DNA from: Gammaproteobacteria bacterium
Lineage (GTDB): Bacteria; Pseudomonadota; Gammaproteobacteria; Eutrophobiales; Eutrophobiaceae
DNA: 64,000 nt
Assembly: GCA_965215365.1 (NCBI GenBank)
Contig: CBDCDS010000003.1
Coordinates: 1,984,001 to 2,048,000 of the forward strand
Reading direction: 5' to 3'
Shown: positions 59,496 through 64,000 of the stretch, piece by piece
Numbering within the stretch: position 1 is the stretch's first letter
How the letters are laid out: the number at the start of each line of letters is the position of its first letter
Made by a program: the position numbers and the translations under genes
The notes under the pieces: model-generated
Seen by the model: only the letters and a program-made list of their open reading frames with translations
Told to the model about the DNA's origin: nothing
Database searches by the model: none

Positions 59496-60509
59496 ATGGG
59501 CTTGTGTCTTGCGCTTGACGTCATGGGGGGAGACCATGGCCCGGGGGAAACAGTCCCCGCGGCGCTGCACGCACTGACCAGACACCGCAACCTTGAACTG
59601 CTGCTGGTGGGGCGGGAACAGCTCATTAAACCGGCGCTGGCCGGCCTTGCCCCTGAGCTGACCCGGCGCATCCGCCTGATACACGCGCCGGATGTCGTCA
59701 GCATGGATGAAGCCCCTTCCACAGCCTTGCGCAACAGCAAAAACTCATCCATGCGCGTGGCCATTGAGCAGGTGAAGAACGGCGCCGCGCAAGCCTGTGT
59801 CAGCGCCGGCAACACCGGCGCCTTGATGGCGATTTCCCGTTACGTACTGAAGATGCTGCCGGGCATAGACCGGCCGGCCATCTGTACCGTGATTCCGGGT
59901 ATCCACAGCCATACCCACATCCTTGACTTGGGCGCCAATGTCGATTCCAGCGCCGAGCAGTTATTCCAGTTTGCGGTAATGGGGGTGGAGCTGACCAGCG
60001 CCGTGGAGAATATTGCCGCACCCAAAGTAGGGTTGCTGAACGTGGGCACTGAGGAAAACAAGGGCAACGACCGGATAAGACAGGCGGCCTCACTACTGTC
60101 CGGGAGTCACCTCAATTATATCGGGTTTGTCGAAGGCAACGACATTTACTCAGGCGATGCGGACGTCATCGTATGCGACGGTTTTGTCGGGAATATTGCC
60201 TTGAAGGCCAGTGAGGGGGTTGCGCAGTTTTTCCTGCACCAGGTGCGCGCCGGTTTTGGTGCCAGCCTGTATGGCCAGGTTGCCGCCTTGATCTGCCACC
60301 CGGTCATCCAATCCATACGCAGAAAAACCGATCCTCGCCGCTACAACGGTGCCAGTCTGCTGGGGCTGCGCAGTATTGTCATCAAAAGCCACGGTAGTGC
60401 CGATCGGGTCTCGTTCGCGCACGCCATCGAAGAAGCGCTGCTGGAAGTGAAAAATAATATTCCCGAACGTATTACGGTCAGGCTCGAAGCGGTACTGACC
60501 GGGCAGTGA
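59496..60509 (+). CDS. plsX: Phosphate acyltransferase
   Basis: LDVMGGDHGP, SAGNTGA, DLGAN, KSHGS. Confidence 0.96.
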   Translation: MGLCLALDVMGGDHGPGETVPAALHALTRHRNLELLLVGREQLIKPALAGLAPELTRRIRLIHAPDVVSMDEAPSTALRNSKNSSMRVAIEQVKNGAAQACVSAGNTGALMAISRYVLKMLPGIDRPAICTVIPGIHSHTHILDLGANVDSSAEQLFQFAVMGVELTSAVENIAAPKVGLLNVGTEENKGNDRIRQAASLLSGSHLNYIGFVEGNDIYSGDADVIVCDGFVGNIALKASEGVAQFFLHQVRAGFGASLYGQVAALICHPVIQSIRRKTDPRRYNGASLLGLRSIVIKSHGSADRVSFAHAIEEALLEVKNNIPERITVRLEAVLTGQ

Positions 60510-60512
60510 GCC

Positions 60513-61469
60513 ATGTATTACTCGCGCATCATCGGCAGCGGCGGCTATCTCCCGGAACGGGTTATGCCCAACGCGGAACTGGAGACCCTGGTGGATACTT
60601 CGGATGAATGGATACAGGCGCGCACCGGCATCCGCAAACGTCATATTGCCCGGACCGACGAAACCACCTCCGAGATGTGCTATCATGCTTCGCGCCAAGC
60701 CATTGAGTACGCTGGCATCGAGCCGGACAGTATCGACCTGATCGTGGTGGCTACCTCCACGCCCGACTTGATCTATCCCAGCACCGCGTGCCTGTTGCAG
60801 CATCGGCTTGGTCTATGCAATGGCTCGCCCGCCTTTGACGTGCAGGCGGTTTGCTCCGGCTTTATCTACGCCCTCAGCATCACCGACCAGTATCTTCGTA
60901 GCGGTGCCATGCAGCGCGCGCTGGTAGTGGGCGCAGACATGAATTCACGCATACTGGACTGGCACGATCGCACTACCTGTGTGTTGTTTGGCGACGGTGC
61001 CGGCGCGGCGCTGCTGGAACGCAGCGACAGCCCGGGGATATACAAAACCCTGTTACATGCCGACGGCAGTTACAGCGATTGTCTGCAAGTGCCTTCCGGC
61101 GTGGCCGCGCCCACAGCCGATCCGTTCATCCGGATGCGCGGCAATGAAGTATTCAAATTCGCAGTACAGGCCATGGCTGAGATTGTCGGAGAAACCTTGG
61201 CAGATACCGGCCTGCAGCAGCAGGACATTGACTGGCTGGTGCCGCACCAGGCCAACCATAGAATTATTGCCGCTACCGCAAAAAAGCTGGGCCTGAGCAT
61301 GGACCAGGTCATCCTGACACTGGGGGAACATGGCAACACCTCTGCTGCATCCATTCCCCTGGCACTGGATGTTGGCGTGCGCGACGGACGCATTAAACCG
61401 GGGGACATTATCATGATGGAAGCCGTCGGCGGCGGCTTCACCTGGGGCTCCGCACTCATTCAGTATTGA
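60513..61469 (+). CDS. fabH: 3-oxoacyl-ACP synthase III
   Basis: AVCSGF, PHQAN, HGNTSAAS. Confidence 0.97.
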   Translation: MYYSRIIGSGGYLPERVMPNAELETLVDTSDEWIQARTGIRKRHIARTDETTSEMCYHASRQAIEYAGIEPDSIDLIVVATSTPDLIYPSTACLLQHRLGLCNGSPAFDVQAVCSGFIYALSITDQYLRSGAMQRALVVGADMNSRILDWHDRTTCVLFGDGAGAALLERSDSPGIYKTLLHADGSYSDCLQVPSGVAAPTADPFIRMRGNEVFKFAVQAMAEIVGETLADTGLQQQDIDWLVPHQANHRIIAATAKKLGLSMDQVILTLGEHGNTSAASIPLALDVGVRDGRIKPGDIIMMEAVGGGFTWGSALIQY

Positions 61470-61475
61470 CAAAAT

Positions 61476-61800
61476 ATGACGGAAAAAAGACAACATTTTA
61501 ACGCCCATGACCGACCGAATGAGGAAGCCCAACGAAGTATGACGGAAAAAAGACAACATTTTAACGCCGGATTTTTGTCGTCAGACGAGGCGGGCGATGA
61601 GAGAGGGAGGGAGTGTGCAGGTGCGCCCATGACCGACCGAATGAGGAAGCCCAACGAAGTATGACGGAAAAAAGACAACATTTTAACGCCGGATTTTTGT
61701 CGTCAGACGAGGCGGGCGATGAGAGAGGGAGGGAGTGTGCAGGTGCGCCCATGACCGACCGAATGAGGAAGCCCAACGAAGTATGACGGAAAAAAGACAA
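61476..61800. repeat. Tandem array: one 63-nt deleted unit plus two identical 122-nt hairpin units
   Basis: ATGACGGAAAAAAGACAA at 61476, 61539, 61661 and 61783. Confidence 0.9.
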
Positions 61801-62739
61801 GTTAAAACCGCATTTGTGTTTCCTGGGCAGGGCTCCCAGAGCGTAGGCATGCTCTCCGATCTGGTGCAAAATTTCCCCGTTGTCGGCGAAACATTTGCGC
61901 AGGCCTCAGCAGCGCTGGGTTACGACCTGCTGTCCCTGTGCCAGCATGGTCCCGAGGCCACTTTGAACCGGACGGAATACACGCAACCGGCCTTATTGAC
62001 CGCAGGCATCGCCGTCTGGCGGGTCTGGCAGGAGCGGGGCGGGGAGACGCCAATGTGCCTGGCCGGTCACAGCCTGGGTGAATACACCGCCCTGGTTTGC
62101 GCCGGCGTACTTGAATTTAACGATGCGGTGGCGCTGGTCGCTGCGCGCGCACGCTTCATGCAGGAGGCGGTCCCGCAGGGCGACGGCGCCATGGCGGCGG
62201 TATCCGGTCTGGACGATGACGCGGTTATCAAGGTCTGTGCCGACGCTGCCCAAGGGGATGTTGTGGCGGCGGCAAATTTCAATTTCCCGGGGCAGGTGGT
62301 CATCGCCGGTGCGACGGCGGCGGTGGCACGCGCCGGCGCCGCCGCGCAAGCGGCAGGGGCCAGGCGCGTCACGCTATTGCCGGTCAGCGTGCCGTCCCAT
62401 TGCGCGCTGATGCAGCCTGCCGCGACGCGCTTGCAACAGCGCGTCAATGCAATCACCTTCAAGCCCGCCGTCATTCCTGTTGTACAAAATGTTGATGCCA
62501 GGGCCCGCACCGAGCCTGAAGAGATAAAACAAGCTCTGGTGTTACAGTTGCACCAGGCTGTACTCTGGTCAAAATGCGTACAGGCCATGCAACAACGCGG
62601 CGTCACCCGAATGCTCGAATGCGGCCCCGGCAGGGTGCTCAGCGGCTTGCTCAGACGTATCGACAGAAACATAACCTGCGCTAGCATTGGCGAGATGGCC
62701 TCCCTAGAAACTACATTAGCCGCGCCTGACGCCAATTAA
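61783..62739 (+). CDS. fabD: Malonyl-CoA:ACP transacylase
   Basis: FVFPGQGSQ, GHSLGEY, SVPSH. Confidence 0.96.
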   Translation: MTEKRQVKTAFVFPGQGSQSVGMLSDLVQNFPVVGETFAQASAALGYDLLSLCQHGPEATLNRTEYTQPALLTAGIAVWRVWQERGGETPMCLAGHSLGEYTALVCAGVLEFNDAVALVAARARFMQEAVPQGDGAMAAVSGLDDDAVIKVCADAAQGDVVAAANFNFPGQVVIAGATAAVARAGAAAQAAGARRVTLLPVSVPSHCALMQPAATRLQQRVNAITFKPAVIPVVQNVDARARTEPEEIKQALVLQLHQAVLWSKCVQAMQQRGVTRMLECGPGRVLSGLLRRIDRNITCASIGEMASLETTLAAPDAN

Positions 62740-62768
62740 AATCCTCTACCTCAGCTACGAACAAAACC

Positions 62769-63518
62769 ATGAACCATCAACTTGACAATCAGGTCGCCCT
62801 GGTCACCGGGGCCAGCAGGGGCATCGGCAAGGCGATTGCCGCGCGCCTAGGCCGCGCCGGCGCCTGGGTCGTGGGCACCTCCACCAGCACTGAGGGCGCC
62901 GCGGGTATCACGGAGCATTTCCAGGCAAATGGGATTGCAGGTCGAGGGCTGGCGCTGGATATCAGCGCAGAGGCTTCGGTGGCACAGTTGGAGGCAACTT
63001 TGAAAGAGGCGGAAATCATACCGTCCATACTGGTAAATAACGCTGGAATTACCAGAGATAACTTGATGTTACGAATGAAACAACAGGAATGGGATGATGT
63101 TATTAACACCAACCTGAATGCGGTCTATCGTCTCAGCAAGCTGTGTCTGCGCAACATGATCAAGGCGCGCTACGGCCGTATCATCAATATCACCTCGGTC
63201 GTGGCCCTGTGCGGGAACGCGGGACAGACCAACTATGTCGCAGCCAAGGCCGGCATCATCGGTTTTACCCGGGCGCTGGCCCAGGAAACCGGCAGTCGCG
63301 GCATTACCGTCAACTGCGTTGCACCCGGTTTTATCGACACCGACATGACCGCAGGCCTGAACGACACACAGCGGGAAAAACTACTGGAACAAATTCCTTT
63401 GGGCCGTCTCGGCCGGGCCGATGATGTAGCCTGCGCCGTCGAATTCATCGCCTCACAGTCCGCAGGCTATATTACCGGCGAGGTGCTGAACGTAAACGGC
63501 GGGATGTATATGGCGTAG
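62769..63518 (+). CDS. fabG: 3-oxoacyl-ACP reductase
   Basis: TGASRGIG, NNAGITRD, NYVAAKAG, NVNGGM. Confidence 0.97.
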   Translation: MNHQLDNQVALVTGASRGIGKAIAARLGRAGAWVVGTSTSTEGAAGITEHFQANGIAGRGLALDISAEASVAQLEATLKEAEIIPSILVNNAGITRDNLMLRMKQQEWDDVINTNLNAVYRLSKLCLRNMIKARYGRIINITSVVALCGNAGQTNYVAAKAGIIGFTRALAQETGSRGITVNCVAPGFIDTDMTAGLNDTQREKLLEQIPLGRLGRADDVACAVEFIASQSAGYITGEVLNVNGGMYMA

Positions 63519-63685
63519 TAACCGAGGCGCCGCGCCGGTATTTGCATAGGGATTTTTATGCCCGGCGACCGGGGCAGGGGACTCATAGCAACAAATGTTA
63601 AATAAATACAACTTGAAACCAAGAACTATTTGGCTTATCGTACACCGGCTTTTGGTACTGGTACCGTTGAAGGAGGGTATATCAC

Positions 63686-63922
63686 ATGAGCAATGTTGAA
63701 GAACGGGTGATGAAAATCATCGTTGAGCAGTTGGGAGTGAAAGAAGAAGAAGTGACAAGTGAGGCGTCTTTTGTTGACGACCTGGGGGCAGATTCGCTTG
63801 ATACAGTTGAATTGGTCATGGCTCTGGAAGAAGAATTCAAGATTGAAATACCGGACGAAGATGCAGAAAAGATAACTACCGTGCAACAGGCGATCGACTA
63901 TATCGATCAGCACCTTGAATAA
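63686..63922 (+). CDS. acpP: Acyl carrier protein
   Basis: [20 protein letters not shown]. Confidence 0.98.
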   Translation: MSNVEERVMKIIVEQLGVKEEEVTSEASFVDDLGADSLDTVELVMALEEEFKIEIPDEDAEKITTVQQAIDYIDQHLE

Positions 63923-63942
63923 CGCCGTATAAAACCTCTTGC

Positions 63943-63979
63943 AAGGCCGCTTCCCGGGTTGACCCGAAGCGGCCTTTTT
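63943..63979 (+). terminator. Intrinsic terminator after acpP
   Basis: AAGGCCGCTTC...GAAGCGGCCTTTTT. Confidence 0.8.
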
Positions 63980-64000
63980 CCATATCCAACAGCGTCGCTT

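Noticed and set aside
61476-61800. CRISPR array
   Set aside because: The intervening sequences are identical rather than unique spacers, and there are no cas genes nearby.

Overview
GC-rich gammaproteobacterial chromosome segment. The housekeeping backbone comprises ahcY-metF behind an SAH riboswitch, uvrD, pmbA, msbA, prk, hemCDXY, gshB, tonB, glmU, the complete atpIBEFHAGDC operon and yceD-rpmF-plsX-fabHDG-acpP. Accessory blocks: (i) a left defence island with AAA/DUF4143 ATPases, a HipBA-like pair, an intact N4-cytosine R-M pair and an IS481-family element with a 5-bp target duplication; (ii) a ~13 kb T2SS/MSHA-like pilus operon containing a 990-aa pilin-like protein with six copies of a ~70-aa repeat; (iii) an island with RES-Xre, a poly-G frameshifted secreted protein, a Calx-beta protein and an R-M pair whose nuclease appears to have lost its catalytic core; (iv) a TonB-receptor/DUF3526 ABC metal-uptake unit with a candidate arrest-peptide leader and a downstream COG4337-like carbonic anhydrase. 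The most striking signal is a GxxExxY gene inserted between atpG and atpD, bounded by inverted arrays of a 9-nt repeat that overlap stop codons. An ORF-less relative with the same end motif sits between atpH and atpA. Several MITE/REP-like families supply start or stop codons of core genes. No rRNA, tRNA or CRISPR array was seen. Family calls come from motif recognition by eye, not database searches.
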